Below are positions 1 to 9,419 of a stretch of 64,000 nucleotides of DNA, piece by piece (positions within the stretch are counted from its first letter, which is position 1; the number at the start of each line of letters is the position of its first letter). The stretch lies in the NCBI GenBank assembly GCA_965659845.1, contig CBFHXS010000001.1:12034-76033 (forward strand), written 5' to 3'. The DNA comes from Brumimicrobium sp. GTDB lineage: Bacteria; Bacteroidota; Bacteroidia; Flavobacteriales_D; Crocinitomicaceae. The notes under the pieces are model-generated. The model was not told the DNA's origin. It saw only the letters and a program-made list of their open reading frames with translations, and did no database searches. A program made the translations under genes and the position numbers.

Positions 1-82
1 CACAACTAGAAAGAGCCATTATAAGCCCAAGAAACAGAAAACTTGCTAAAACGATTATTTCCCTAAAACCTCTTCTACCCAC
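1..82 (-). CDS. 5' fragment of a probable lipoprotein gene running off the window edge
   Basis: Not in the ORF track. Reverse strand from GTG at 82 reads MGRRGFREIIVLASFLFLGLIMALSSC: basic N-region, hydrophobic core and LSSC lipobox. Overlaps the kynA stop. Confidence 0.5.
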   Translation of the reverse strand, partial: MGRRGFREIIVLASFLFLGLIMALSSC

Positions 83-1011
83 GATTTCCCCCATTCTTTT
101 ATTTCTTTTTCTGACCACAACGCTGGATAAAATATTCTTTTTTGAAAACGAGGCGGTAAATATTTCTGCCAATTTGTTCCTCCAGTTGCTGCCACATCAT
201 TCGGATCTTTTTGAAGATATCTAACTGCAGACTTGTAATGCACTAGTGGCCAGTTTACGTTAACATTGACATCATTCTGCTTCATCGCTTTAATTACATC
301 TTCTCGACCTTGCTCGTCTTTAGAAAGGCGCAAGTAGCACCTCCATAAGTTTTTATCAATTTGATTCTGAGCAAACTCAATAAACTCCTTACTATATCTT
401 TGCTCAAACTGTTCTAATGTCAATGTCTTTTTACCAGAAGCCAACTCTGTTGCACCTTCTTTCCAGTAAATATTCTGGTACATTTCTTCTATTGTAGCTT
501 TTTCAGGATCAACTGAATCTCTAACATCCTTGTGAACAAGGTTGATAAAGTCAGTAGAAGCCATTTCTATAAATCGATACTGAGCAGATTGAAATCCACT
601 TGCTGGTAAAAGAGACATTCTGAACTTTAAAAATTGTTCTTTCTCCATTCCTTGAACCATAATCTCAAAGGACTTTGTCAGCGCTTCGAAATAACGATTA
701 ATACGGGTTGTTCTTTCTACAAAAAACTCTGCTGTTAAATCTTCTTTCTCAGCGATTTGTTCAAACTCCCTCAAGGAAAGTTTAAAGTATAACTCAGTAA
801 TCTGGTGGTAAATGATAAATATCACCTCGTCAGGAAAAGACGTCCTTGGAGTTTGAAGGCTTAACAAGGTGTCTACCGCTATATAATCCCAGTATTTTAC
901 TGAGTCGGCGTAGAGCAACCCATCCAGATAAGAACCCATATCCTGACCTAATGCAGCATACTTATCATTAATTTTTTCTAGCTTTTCCCTGATCTCCGGA
1001 GTGATTTCCAT
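55..1011 (-). CDS. kynA: Tryptophan 2,3-dioxygenase
   Basis: Motifs YWDYI..LLSLQ, FIIYHQITELYFK, FRMSLLPASGFQSAQYR and ATGGT. Start moved to ATG 1011 because a TAnnTTTG element (1041-1048) lies inside the longer ORF. Confidence 0.92.
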   Translation of the reverse strand: MEITPEIREKLEKINDKYAALGQDMGSYLDGLLYADSVKYWDYIAVDTLLSLQTPRTSFPDEVIFIIYHQITELYFKLSLREFEQIAEKEDLTAEFFVERTTRINRYFEALTKSFEIMVQGMEKEQFLKFRMSLLPASGFQSAQYRFIEMASTDFINLVHKDVRDSVDPEKATIEEMYQNIYWKEGATELASGKKTLTLEQFEQRYSKEFIEFAQNQIDKNLWRCYLRLSKDEQGREDVIKAMKQNDVNVNVNWPLVHYKSAVRYLQKDPNDVAATGGTNWQKYLPPRFQKRIFYPALWSEKEIKEWGKSWVEEVLGK

Positions 1012-1040
1012 TTTACAACGTTTTAATGTAACACTAAAAA

Positions 1041-1048
1041 CAAAGTTA
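1041..1048 (-). promoter_or_regulatory. Bacteroidota sigma70 -7 element (TAACTTTG) for kynA
   Basis: Exact TAnnTTTG match 30 bp upstream of ATG 1011. Confidence 0.6.
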
Positions 1049-1237
1049 ATCAATACTCTGAGGCTACGTTAGAAGCAATAATAAAATGTGTTAAATACAG
1101 AATGATTCTACTTTAGGATTCACTATCGCTTTTGTGTTTTAACTATTCATTGAATACTCTTTACCATTTAACTAAACCTTGGTTTAACTTTAAAAAATAT
1201 TGACAGCTTTTTATATATTTCAATTCTGTCTAAATAT

Positions 1238-1245
1238 TACCTTTG
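1238..1245 (+). promoter_or_regulatory. -7 promoter element (TACCTTTG) for purD
   Basis: Exact TAnnTTTG match 18 bp upstream of the start. Confidence 0.65.
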
Positions 1246-1263
1246 CGACTTAATTGATACGTT

Positions 1264-2538
1264 ATGAATATTTTATTGTTAGGGTCTGGAGGAAGAGAGC
1301 ATGCGTTAGCGTGGAAATTATCACGAAGCAGCTCTTTGGAGTCCTTGTTCATTGCTCCAGGAAATGCGGGCACTAAAACTTTAGGGACTAATCTTTCAAT
1401 TGACCCAAATGATTTTAGTGCGGTGAAGGTAGCAGTTCTTAAAAATGGGATTGATATGGTCGTTGTAGGCCCAGAAGCCCCTTTGGTAAATGGGATTACG
1501 GATTACTTTAATCAGGATCCAGAACTTTCACACGTTTCGATTATTGGTCCGAATAAAGTTGCTGCTCAGCTTGAAGGCAGTAAAGATTTTGCAAAGGAAT
1601 TCATGAAAAGACATAATATTCCTACAGCCAAATATAAATCATTCACTAAAGAAACACTGAATGAAGGTCTTGTCTTTTTAGAAGGCATGAAAGCTCCCTA
1701 CGTTCTTAAGGCTGATGGATTAGCTGCAGGAAAAGGGGTTCTCATCATCAACGAACTTGCAGAAGCTAAAAAAGAGCTATGCAGCATGTTGCTGGACGAC
1801 AAGTTTGGAGGAGCAAGTAATAAGGTTGTTATCGAGGAGTTTTTATCAGGAATCGAAATGTCCGTATTTGTTCTTTGTGATGGTGATGGTTTTAAAATCT
1901 TCCCTGATGCGAAAGACTATAAACGTATTGGTGAAGGTGACACTGGATTGAATACTGGTGGGATGGGCGCTGTGTCCCCTGTCCCATTTGCAGAAGGAGG
2001 TTTCTCAGATAAAGTATACAATCAGGTCATTGTTCCTACAATAAAAGGTCTCAAAAAAGATCAAATAGAATACAAAGGATTCATCTTCATCGGTTTGATT
2101 CGTGTGAACGGAGACCCATATGTAATTGAATATAACTGTAGATTAGGAGACCCTGAAACAGAGGTGGTTTTGCCGAGGCTAAAATCCGATTTAATCGATC
2201 TATTTGAGGGGGTTTCAACTTCTACATTGTCTGAAAGAGATATTGAGTTTGACCCTCGAACAGTGGCTACTGTAATGATGGTCTCTGGAGGATATCCTGG
2301 AAAATACGAAAAAGGAAAAACTATATATGGGCTGAATGGGGTAACAGATAGTATTGTTTTTCACGCTGGGACAAAGGCCGACGGCCCCGCTGTTATGACC
2401 TCTGGCGGTAGAGTTTTAGCGGTAACATCTTTCGGAAAAGACATCCCTTCAGCACTCGAAATTAGCTATGAAAACGCTGCTAAAATCGAATTTGAAGGAG
2501 CCCAATACCGAAAAGATATCGGACATGACCTGGTTTAA
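1264..2538 (+). CDS. purD: Phosphoribosylamine--glycine ligase
   Basis: LLLGSGGREHALAW, KADGLAAGKGV, GLNTGGMGA, EYNCRLGDPE motifs. Confidence 0.98.
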   Translation: MNILLLGSGGREHALAWKLSRSSSLESLFIAPGNAGTKTLGTNLSIDPNDFSAVKVAVLKNGIDMVVVGPEAPLVNGITDYFNQDPELSHVSIIGPNKVAAQLEGSKDFAKEFMKRHNIPTAKYKSFTKETLNEGLVFLEGMKAPYVLKADGLAAGKGVLIINELAEAKKELCSMLLDDKFGGASNKVVIEEFLSGIEMSVFVLCDGDGFKIFPDAKDYKRIGEGDTGLNTGGMGAVSPVPFAEGGFSDKVYNQVIVPTIKGLKKDQIEYKGFIFIGLIRVNGDPYVIEYNCRLGDPETEVVLPRLKSDLIDLFEGVSTSTLSERDIEFDPRTVATVMMVSGGYPGKYEKGKTIYGLNGVTDSIVFHAGTKADGPAVMTSGGRVLAVTSFGKDIPSALEISYENAAKIEFEGAQYRKDIGHDLV

Positions 2539-2569
2539 TCAGGCAGATTTCCTATTTTAGTTAACATAT

Positions 2570-3829
2570 ATGGATGCATCAAGTTTGATCATTATTTTAG
2601 CAGCCCTTGCAGGATCTGCTTTCTTTTCTGGAATGGAAATCGCATTTGTAACTGCGAATCGACTAAAGATCGAGTTGGATAATCAAAAAGGATCTATTGC
2701 TGGTAGGATATTATCCAATTTCGTCAAAAACGATAGTCGTTTTATTGCTACAATGCTCTTGGGTAATAATATAGCACTTGTTGTTTATGGTATTTGGATG
2801 GCTAACCTTATGGAGCCGTGGGTAAGCAATCTTGTTGGAGGTAACGAGGCACTTGTATTAACTATCCAAACTGTATTGTCTACACTCCTCATTTTGGTAA
2901 CTGCTGAGTTCTTGCCGAAAGCTACTTTTCAAATCAATCCCAATAGAGTACTACACTTTTTGTCTTTTCCATTGGTGGTTATATATATATTACTGTATCC
3001 ACTCACGCTTTTTACTATGATTCTAAGCAATGCCGTACTCAAATTGTTTAAAATGGACGTAGAGACGGGTAAGACTGCTTTTTCAAAGATAGATTTGGAT
3101 GACTATGTAAGGGACCTCAATGAGAGAATGGAAGAAGAGGGTGAACTCGATAACGAAATGCAAATCCTACAAAATGCGCTCGGATTTTCAAATATCAAGG
3201 CTAGAGATTGTATGATTCCAAGAACGGATATTGTAGCTTATGATATAGAAACTACCGTAGAGGATATTAAGACGAAATTCATAGAAACTGGACTATCTAA
3301 AATACTGATATACAGAGATACTATAGACAATATTATAGGATATGTTCACAGCTTCGAACTTTTCAAAAAGCCAAACAGAATTAAGGAAGTTTTAATTCCC
3401 ATCGCTTTTGTTCCAGAAGCAATTCCAGCGAAGGACCTTCTAGAGCTTTTTGCAAAGCAGCATGGAAACATTGCGATTGTTGTGGATGAGTTTGGAGGGA
3501 CCTCAGGTCTTATCACTATTGAAGATGTTGTTGAAGAAATCTTCGGAGAGATTGAAGATGAGCATGACAGTGATGAGCTTCTTGAACAAAAACTGGACTT
3601 AAATACATACCTTTTTTCAGCCAGACAGGATATTGACTATCTTAATGAAGAATATGAGTTAGAACTTGAAGAGTCCACTGAATATGATACGCTTGGGGGG
3701 TTAGTTTTACACCATTTAGAGTCCATTCCCGAAGAGGGAACCGTCCTCGAGCTAGAAGATTATACGATGAAGATTGAACAAGTTTCAGATCGGAGGATTG
3801 AAATAATCCGTGTAAAAGACAACCGATAA
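2570..3829 (+). CDS. Hemolysin/CNNM family membrane protein (DUF21-CBS-CorC)
   Basis: SAFFSGMEIAF, LLGNNIA, AEFLPK, CBS pair MIPRTDI...VVDEFGGTSGLITIEDVVEEIFGEIEDEHD, C-terminal CorC_HlyC domain. Confidence 0.92.
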   Translation: MDASSLIIILAALAGSAFFSGMEIAFVTANRLKIELDNQKGSIAGRILSNFVKNDSRFIATMLLGNNIALVVYGIWMANLMEPWVSNLVGGNEALVLTIQTVLSTLLILVTAEFLPKATFQINPNRVLHFLSFPLVVIYILLYPLTLFTMILSNAVLKLFKMDVETGKTAFSKIDLDDYVRDLNERMEEEGELDNEMQILQNALGFSNIKARDCMIPRTDIVAYDIETTVEDIKTKFIETGLSKILIYRDTIDNIIGYVHSFELFKKPNRIKEVLIPIAFVPEAIPAKDLLELFAKQHGNIAIVVDEFGGTSGLITIEDVVEEIFGEIEDEHDSDELLEQKLDLNTYLFSARQDIDYLNEEYELELEESTEYDTLGGLVLHHLESIPEEGTVLELEDYTMKIEQVSDRRIEIIRVKDNR

Positions 3830-3915
3830 TAGCCAGCTTAGTTATTATAGTTGTTTATCCTTTCTTTTTTTGTTACTTAATATTATATTCGCAACCTTAA
3901 ATTAATTCGAATAAA

Positions 3916-6114
3916 ATGGCATTAATTGGAAAAATACGTGAGAAGTCTTGGCTATTGGTAGCCGTAATCGGGATTGCAATGCTCGCATTCATTCTTGGAG
4001 ATTTTGACTTTTTTCAGGATGGACCTCGAGAAGATACTTACGGGATAGGTACTGTTGAGGGTGAGAAAGTTAGCGAACAAGAGTACGAACAGTTACTTAA
4101 TAATGCGCGACAAAACATCTTTCAATCTAAGCAACAACAGAATCCTGGACAGCAGGCTGAATTCACTGAGCAAGATGAAAAAAGTGCTCGTCGTCAGGCA
4201 TGGCAAGCAGTCGTTGCGGGCATGCTTGTAGATGAAGAATTAGAAAAAATCGGTTTAATCGTTGATGAATTTGAGCTTGAGAATGTTCTCTATGGTCAAA
4301 ATGGGTACGATCCTTCTCAGTTTTCTACTCAGTTTAAAGACTCTGTAACAGGAGAGTTCGCCCCAGATCAGTTGCGTCAAGCAATGAATCAATTAGAAGA
4401 GTCTAGTGAGCGCGAACAGATTGAAAGATACAAAAGCATCTTGGACTACGTTCGAGAGCTTAGAATTTCGGAAAAGTATTCTGCTTTATTAGCTGCAGGA
4501 GTTCACTCCACAACTTTAGAGGGTAAAAATGAATACGAGTCTAAGAAAACAGTAAAAAATGTAGCTTACATCTATCAAAATTTTACTAAAGTTCCTCAAG
4601 ATGCTATTGGAGAAATAACTGAAGAAGAGATGAAATCTTTCTTCGAAGAGCATAAAAATGATGAAGAATATAAGCAAAAGGCTTCTCGTAAAGTTTCTTA
4701 CTTCGCAATCCCTGTGTCTCCGGGCAAAGCAGATTCATCACGAGTAATGGATCTTCTTCAAGGAGCTAAGGCTAAATTCAAGGATGTTAAAAACGATTCA
4801 CTTTTTGTTCTTCGTTATAGTGACGTTAAAGAGTTTAGCAGTGATTCAACGGCTATGGCGAGACCTGCAGGACCAGGAGTTCAAGGTCAGACTTACCCTA
4901 TGTCTGTAGCCGATGAAATAGAAGCTGCTCAACCAGGTGATGTAGTCGGGCCATATATTTCTAGGAATGGGATGAAGATTTCTAAGGTTTTACGTTTCGC
5001 TCAAGAAAACACAGCAACTGTACGTCACATTCTTTTGAAGGCCTCTGGAGATGACGAAATGGAAAAAGCAAAGAAACAGGCGGATAGCATAATTCGAGTT
5101 ATTCGATCAAAAAACAACTTTGAAGAAATGGTCACTGAGTTTAGTGAAGACCCGGGGTCGGTGAATAACGGTGGAAAATATGAGAATTTCACTGAAGGAA
5201 AAATGGTTCCTGCATTTAATGATTTCTCTTTTGAAAAGCCTATTGGAACACTTGGAAAGGTTGAAACAAACTTTGGAGTGCACATTATTGAGGTACTTGG
5301 TAGAGAAGCAACTAAGCGACCAGTTTTAGCAAACATCGTTAAGAATGTTGAGCCCTCAAAATCAACTATCGATGATGTTAAGTCAATCGCTTCTGATTTC
5401 ATCTATCAATTGGACGACAAGATATCAGATAAGTCTATCGAAGAAAAAAGAACCATTTTTGACACTTTTGCCGTTGAAAACGGATATACAATAAGATCAC
5501 TCTCACTTCAAGATGATAATCCACAAGTTAATGGGTTTGGAGATCTTGCAGAAGGAGACTTACTTCGATTAGCATATCAAGAAAATAGTAAAGAGGGAGC
5601 ATTAAGTTCTGCTCCAATAAGAGATGATAGAAGAATCATTATTGCAATGTTATCTGACATTATAGAGGAAGGGGTTCCTGAATTCGAAGCAGTTAAAGCA
5701 AAAATAAGATCGTCTGTTCGTAAGGAGAAGCAAGCGCAATATTTAATGGAGCAAATGGCTGGTAGAGACGATCTAGAGGCTTTAGCTAAAGAAATGAATG
5801 CCCAATATGAAACTGAAGGATTAACTTTTTCTGCAAGCAATGTTGCTGTAGGAAGAGAGCCTCAAATAATAGGTACGGCATTCTCTGGTTTAATTGACGG
5901 TCAAAAATCTGTTCCCGTTAAAGGAAGTAGTGGAGTTTTTGTACTGCGTGTTGAAAGCACTCAACCTGCGGAAGAAACAACAGACTTCTCGACTGAAATT
6001 ACTCAGATCGAATCACAAAGAGAAACGACGGTTCAACAGCGTTACCGTTCGGCACTATTGAATGCTGCTGATGTAATTGACAACCGAAAATTAAGAAGCT
6101 TCGGAATACGATAG
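3916..6114 (+). CDS. ppiD: Membrane-anchored periplasmic peptidyl-prolyl isomerase/chaperone (PpiD/SurA-like)
   Basis: N-terminal TM helix, parvulin domain VRHILL...FSEDPGS...MVPAFNDFSF...VETNFGVHII. Confidence 0.85.
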   Translation: MALIGKIREKSWLLVAVIGIAMLAFILGDFDFFQDGPREDTYGIGTVEGEKVSEQEYEQLLNNARQNIFQSKQQQNPGQQAEFTEQDEKSARRQAWQAVVAGMLVDEELEKIGLIVDEFELENVLYGQNGYDPSQFSTQFKDSVTGEFAPDQLRQAMNQLEESSEREQIERYKSILDYVRELRISEKYSALLAAGVHSTTLEGKNEYESKKTVKNVAYIYQNFTKVPQDAIGEITEEEMKSFFEEHKNDEEYKQKASRKVSYFAIPVSPGKADSSRVMDLLQGAKAKFKDVKNDSLFVLRYSDVKEFSSDSTAMARPAGPGVQGQTYPMSVADEIEAAQPGDVVGPYISRNGMKISKVLRFAQENTATVRHILLKASGDDEMEKAKKQADSIIRVIRSKNNFEEMVTEFSEDPGSVNNGGKYENFTEGKMVPAFNDFSFEKPIGTLGKVETNFGVHIIEVLGREATKRPVLANIVKNVEPSKSTIDDVKSIASDFIYQLDDKISDKSIEEKRTIFDTFAVENGYTIRSLSLQDDNPQVNGFGDLAEGDLLRLAYQENSKEGALSSAPIRDDRRIIIAMLSDIIEEGVPEFEAVKAKIRSSVRKEKQAQYLMEQMAGRDDLEALAKEMNAQYETEGLTFSASNVAVGREPQIIGTAFSGLIDGQKSVPVKGSSGVFVLRVESTQPAEETTDFSTEITQIESQRETTVQQRYRSALLNAADVIDNRKLRSFGIR

Positions 6115-6132
6115 AGAGAAATAAAACTATAT

Positions 6133-6169
6133 AGACACCCACGGCAATTCGCTTGTGGGTGTTTTTTTT
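6133..6169 (+). terminator. Intrinsic terminator after ppiD
   Basis: ACACCCAC...GTGGGTGT hairpin followed by a T run. Confidence 0.8.
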
Positions 6170-6213
6170 GTCAATAAAACGTCCCTTGCTTTGCAATATT
6201 TACTGATTAACAT

Positions 6214-6221
6214 TACATTTG
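6214..6221 (+). promoter_or_regulatory. -7 promoter element (TACATTTG) for the tRNA
   Basis: Exact TAnnTTTG match about 35 bp upstream of the tRNA. Confidence 0.65.
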
Positions 6222-6256
6222 CTCCCGCTAAAAGCGTTTTATTCGCTTAAGCAACC

Positions 6257-6330
6257 GGTCCTATAACTCAGTTGGTTAGAGTATCTGACTCATAATCAGA
6301 AAGTCCCTGGTTCGAGCCCAGGTGGGACCA
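6257..6330 (+). tRNA. tRNA with CAT anticodon (likely tRNA-Ile2/lysidine; elongator Met not excluded)
   Basis: Cloverleaf with acceptor GGTCCTA/TGGGACC, D-arm ACTC/GAGT, anticodon arm TCTGA-CTCATAA-TCAGA and T-loop TTCGAGC. CCA is not encoded. Confidence 0.93.
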
Positions 6331-6334
6331 CAAG

Positions 6335-6373
6335 AAAAAAGCCAGCAATCATAAATAATTGCTGGCTTTTTTT
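6335..6373. terminator. Intrinsic terminator after the tRNA (bidirectional form)
   Basis: A run, GCCAGCAAT...ATTGCTGGC stem, T run. Confidence 0.85.
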
Positions 6374-6626
6374 ATTCCAGCATGAATGAAGTTTTGACAG
6401 CTTTGCTGAGCTCCACTGCGCGACCTGACTCATCAACAATACTAGTTTGCATTCCCAAAACAGCATAAGAAGATACGCTATATATTCATTAGACCTTCAC
6501 TTTTGCAAAAACATCAACCCTCTCTTTACTTTCTCCACTCCGATGCCTGCGTGTATGTCATTACTATGAACGACAAGCTCTCTGAATACGTTTTATCAGC
6601 TCAACGTAATGGGCACTAATACGAAC

Positions 6627-6658
6627 AAAAAAAGGGCAACCTGAATTACAGATTGCCC
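6627..6658 (-). terminator. Intrinsic terminator for the 6686-7108 gene
   Basis: GGGCAA..CTG/CAG..TTGCCC hairpin preceded by a plus-strand A run (T run on the minus strand). Confidence 0.7.
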
Positions 6659-6685
6659 AATACTATGAGTGAAAATTAAACTGCT

Positions 6686-7108
6686 TTATTTAACTAAGTA
6701 AATATAGCTGTTTTCTAAATCAATATTAACATGCTCAGGAAATTCACCGTGAACTACTAGAAGGTTATTATGATGATGAAGCTGACTTTCCATCTTTCCT
6801 TTTTGTAACAATATTACTGTAGAGTTTCCATGATTGTCCATCTTATCCAGGATCATTTCACCGTTGAAATCACACTGCCAATGTGTTTCAGCTACATTCT
6901 TGTTATATGATATCTCTACGGTTGGAACTGCGTAGAAGTTCTTAGGGTTGAATTGACCAAAGTCAAAAACAAGTCTTAAGAAACCTCCATCAACTTTAAT
7001 GTTATCACTTTTGATACCTAAATCCTTGAAAGATACCTTTCCTTTGTTTTCCTCGGAAATAGTTACTTTAACTTCTCCCTCTGTCGCCTGTATAGTTTGA
7101 TCTGTCAT
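6686..7108 (-). CDS. Hypothetical cytoplasmic beta-rich, His-rich protein
   Basis: 140-aa ORF with its own promoter element and terminator. No family recognised. Confidence 0.8.
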   Translation of the reverse strand: MTDQTIQATEGEVKVTISEENKGKVSFKDLGIKSDNIKVDGGFLRLVFDFGQFNPKNFYAVPTVEISYNKNVAETHWQCDFNGEMILDKMDNHGNSTVILLQKGKMESQLHHHNNLLVVHGEFPEHVNIDLENSYIYLVK

Positions 7109-7124
7109 TATTTATTCTTTGCAA

Positions 7125-7168
7125 CAAATCTAGGGACTTCCCATCGCATAAAACATGACATTCATCAT
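7125..7168 (-). promoter_or_regulatory. -7 element TAGATTTG (7125-7132) plus an upstream ATGAC-N4-ATCAT box (7155-7168)
   Basis: Both motifs read directly. The box resembles CRP/FNR-family sites (FNR consensus TTGAT-N4-ATCAA). Confidence 0.5.
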
Positions 7169-7214
7169 TTGTCTAACAGTTAAATGTCATAAAAGAATAA
7201 TTAGACCTCGGTAC

Positions 7215-7727
7215 TTACTTTTTCCTATACTTCTTTAGCTCACCGTATTGATCTACAAAGGGCAAGTAACCCTCAACTTTTGGTGTACCATTCCTTCCTC
7301 CACTTTGAATCGATTTAGTAGAAGATGTTGTTCTAAAAGTTATACACTTTTTTTGAAGTGTATAGCTAACTTGTATTGCCTTGTCCTGAACTTTAAAAGC
7401 ACTAATCATTCGGTCATTAAACAAGGTCAAAGGCAAAACTATTCCATTTTTTTCATCCATAACGAATTGATTCTCCTTATCGTGAATTAGTTCATAGTTT
7501 CTTTCTTGTCTTGTTGTATCCTTGCCATAAATTATATCAAAGGTATGAGATGAATCGGACTTTGTTTTGATATGCAACTCCATATACACCTCGCTTACCT
7601 CTCCCTTGTAATTCGTTATTTCAAGCTGCCCTTTGTAGTCCCCAAGCCACTCTTCTGGTAACTGAGCCATGCTGCTGAAAACGAAAAGTAAGCTACTCAA
7701 AACGCTACACACCTTCAATTTAATCAT
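7215..7727 (-). CDS. Hypothetical secreted beta-strand-rich protein
   Basis: Signal peptide ending SSMA-Q; TATATTTG element on the minus strand at 7747-7754. Confidence 0.8.
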   Translation of the reverse strand: MIKLKVCSVLSSLLFVFSSMAQLPEEWLGDYKGQLEITNYKGEVSEVYMELHIKTKSDSSHTFDIIYGKDTTRQERNYELIHDKENQFVMDEKNGIVLPLTLFNDRMISAFKVQDKAIQVSYTLQKKCITFRTTSSTKSIQSGGRNGTPKVEGYLPFVDQYGELKKYRKK

Positions 7728-7906
7728 ATCACATATTTAGTATAAGCAAATATAAACAACTGAACTTGATTTCAATTACTATACTGATAAACAGGTCACT
7801 TATTAAAGCCATAATTGATTAAGGTTCAAGGTCTATATAGAAACAATACAAATGCAAATATCCCAGTCCAATTCAGTATATTTGCGAACGAAAAACTATA
7901 TGCACT

Positions 7907-8344
7907 ATGGCAGAAGAAGGAAAGTTTAGCACAAATAAGGCTCCAAAGCCAGTAGGTCTTTATCCGCATGCACGGAGAGCAGGAAACCTATTGTTTTTAT
8001 CAGGTGTTGGACCAAGAACAGCTGGATCAGACGAAACAGACTCTCATGTTCCTGGTTTAAAATTAGATAAAAACGGAAATTTTCTCGAGTTTGACTTTGC
8101 TGCTCAATGTCGTTCTGTTTTTGATAATGTAAGAGCAATATTGGAAGAGTCTGGATCTAGTTGGGATAACCTCATCGACGTTCAGGTGTTTCTTGTAAAT
8201 ATGAAGCGTGACTTTCAAACTTACAATAAAATATACGCAGAGTATTTTAAAGACAACCAGCCTTGCAGAACAACGATAGAAATATCGTCACTACCTACTC
8301 CTATTGCAATAGAGTTAAAATGTATAGCAACAATTGAAGATTAA
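7907..8344 (+). CDS. RidA/YjgF family protein, 2-aminomuconate deaminase-like
   Basis: APKPVGLYPHARRAGNLLFLSGVGPR, PCRTTIEISSLPTPIAIELKCIA. TATATTTG element at 7877-7884. Confidence 0.85.
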   Translation: MAEEGKFSTNKAPKPVGLYPHARRAGNLLFLSGVGPRTAGSDETDSHVPGLKLDKNGNFLEFDFAAQCRSVFDNVRAILEESGSSWDNLIDVQVFLVNMKRDFQTYNKIYAEYFKDNQPCRTTIEISSLPTPIAIELKCIATIED

Positions 8345-8347
8345 GTT

Positions 8348-8932
8348 ATGATCGGTTTTATTATTAGAGTTATTTTAGGAATTGCAGCCGTTGGATTCAA
8401 CGTTTACCTTTTCTATGTCGGTTCCTGGGGATGGGGAATCACGTTTATTTTGGTTACTTCTTTGATTATTTTGAGTTTCTTCCGAAATGAAAATGTTATA
8501 ATGGCATTGTATAACATGCGCATGGGTAAACAAGAGAAAGCATGGAAGGCATTAAATAGAATTAAAGCACCAAACTTACTACCCAAAAAACAACATGCAT
8601 ATGTACTTTACTTACGCGGTATGCTGGGGCTACAGCAAGACTTAGGTTTTCCAAAATGTGAGCAGCTTATCAGAAAAGCCCTGAACATGGGGCTTAGGAC
8701 GGATCAAGATACAGCGGTTGCAAAAATGCAACTTGCTGGGATTTGCATGCAAACAGGAAGAAAAAATGAAGCTAAAACGTTGCTGAGTGAATCAAAAAAA
8801 CTTGATAAAAACAACATGCTTAAGGAACAACTTGACATGATGAAAAAGCAAATGGGAATGGTCGCTTCTAGAAACCAAATGCGTATGGCACAGATGCACA
8901 AAGGGCGTAAAAAAACTCCTAAACGAAGATAA
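8348..8932 (+). CDS. Conserved Bacteroidota membrane protein with two N-terminal TM helices and TPR-like helices (often annotated DUF2892)
   Basis: Two hydrophobic segments, helical repeats KALNMGL..AKMQLAGI..SKKLDKNNML. Confidence 0.7.
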   Translation: MIGFIIRVILGIAAVGFNVYLFYVGSWGWGITFILVTSLIILSFFRNENVIMALYNMRMGKQEKAWKALNRIKAPNLLPKKQHAYVLYLRGMLGLQQDLGFPKCEQLIRKALNMGLRTDQDTAVAKMQLAGICMQTGRKNEAKTLLSESKKLDKNNMLKEQLDMMKKQMGMVASRNQMRMAQMHKGRKKTPKRR

Positions 8933-8933
8933 A

Positions 8934-9419
8934 ATGGCAGAAGCGCTTCACCTCGACAAGTCAACTAAAGAGAAAAATTATTTTTCTTTAATTCCACAAA
9001 TAAAGGCACTGTGCGAAGGTGAATCTAATTCAATTGCAAATCAATCAAACATCATTGCTGCTCTGAAAGAAGCTTTCAATTTTTTTTGGATAGGTTTTTA
9101 TTGGGTAGACACGGATGATCAACTTGTATTAGGTACGTTTCAAGGCCCTATTGCTTGTACAAGAATCAATATTGGCAAGGGAGTGTGTGGAACTTCATGG
9201 AAAGAAAATCGCACCATTATAGTCGATGATGTAGAAAAGTTTCCCGGTCATATTGCCTGCAGTTCAGCTTCTAAATCTGAAATTGTTGTACCCATCCTTA
9301 AAAATAAAGAAGTCATTGGTGTACTAGATGTGGATAGCGATCGTTTATCAACTTTTGATGACATAGATAATCAATACTTGAATGAACTTTGCTCATGGAT
9401 CGGCCAACATATTATATAA
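8934..9419 (+). CDS. msrC: GAF-domain free methionine-(R)-sulfoxide reductase
   Basis: FWIGFY, FQGPIACTRINIGKGVCG, GHIACSSASKSEIVVP, LDVDS. Confidence 0.9.
   Translation: MAEALHLDKSTKEKNYFSLIPQIKALCEGESNSIANQSNIIAALKEAFNFFWIGFYWVDTDDQLVLGTFQGPIACTRINIGKGVCGTSWKENRTIIVDDVEKFPGHIACSSASKSEIVVPILKNKEVIGVLDVDSDRLSTFDDIDNQYLNELCSWIGQHII

Noticed and set aside
6425-6433. 9-bp copy (CTGACTCAT) of the tRNA anticodon arm 140 bp downstream, a possible att-site scar
   Set aside because: Too short to exclude chance; no tRNA 3'-end duplication and no integrase in the window.
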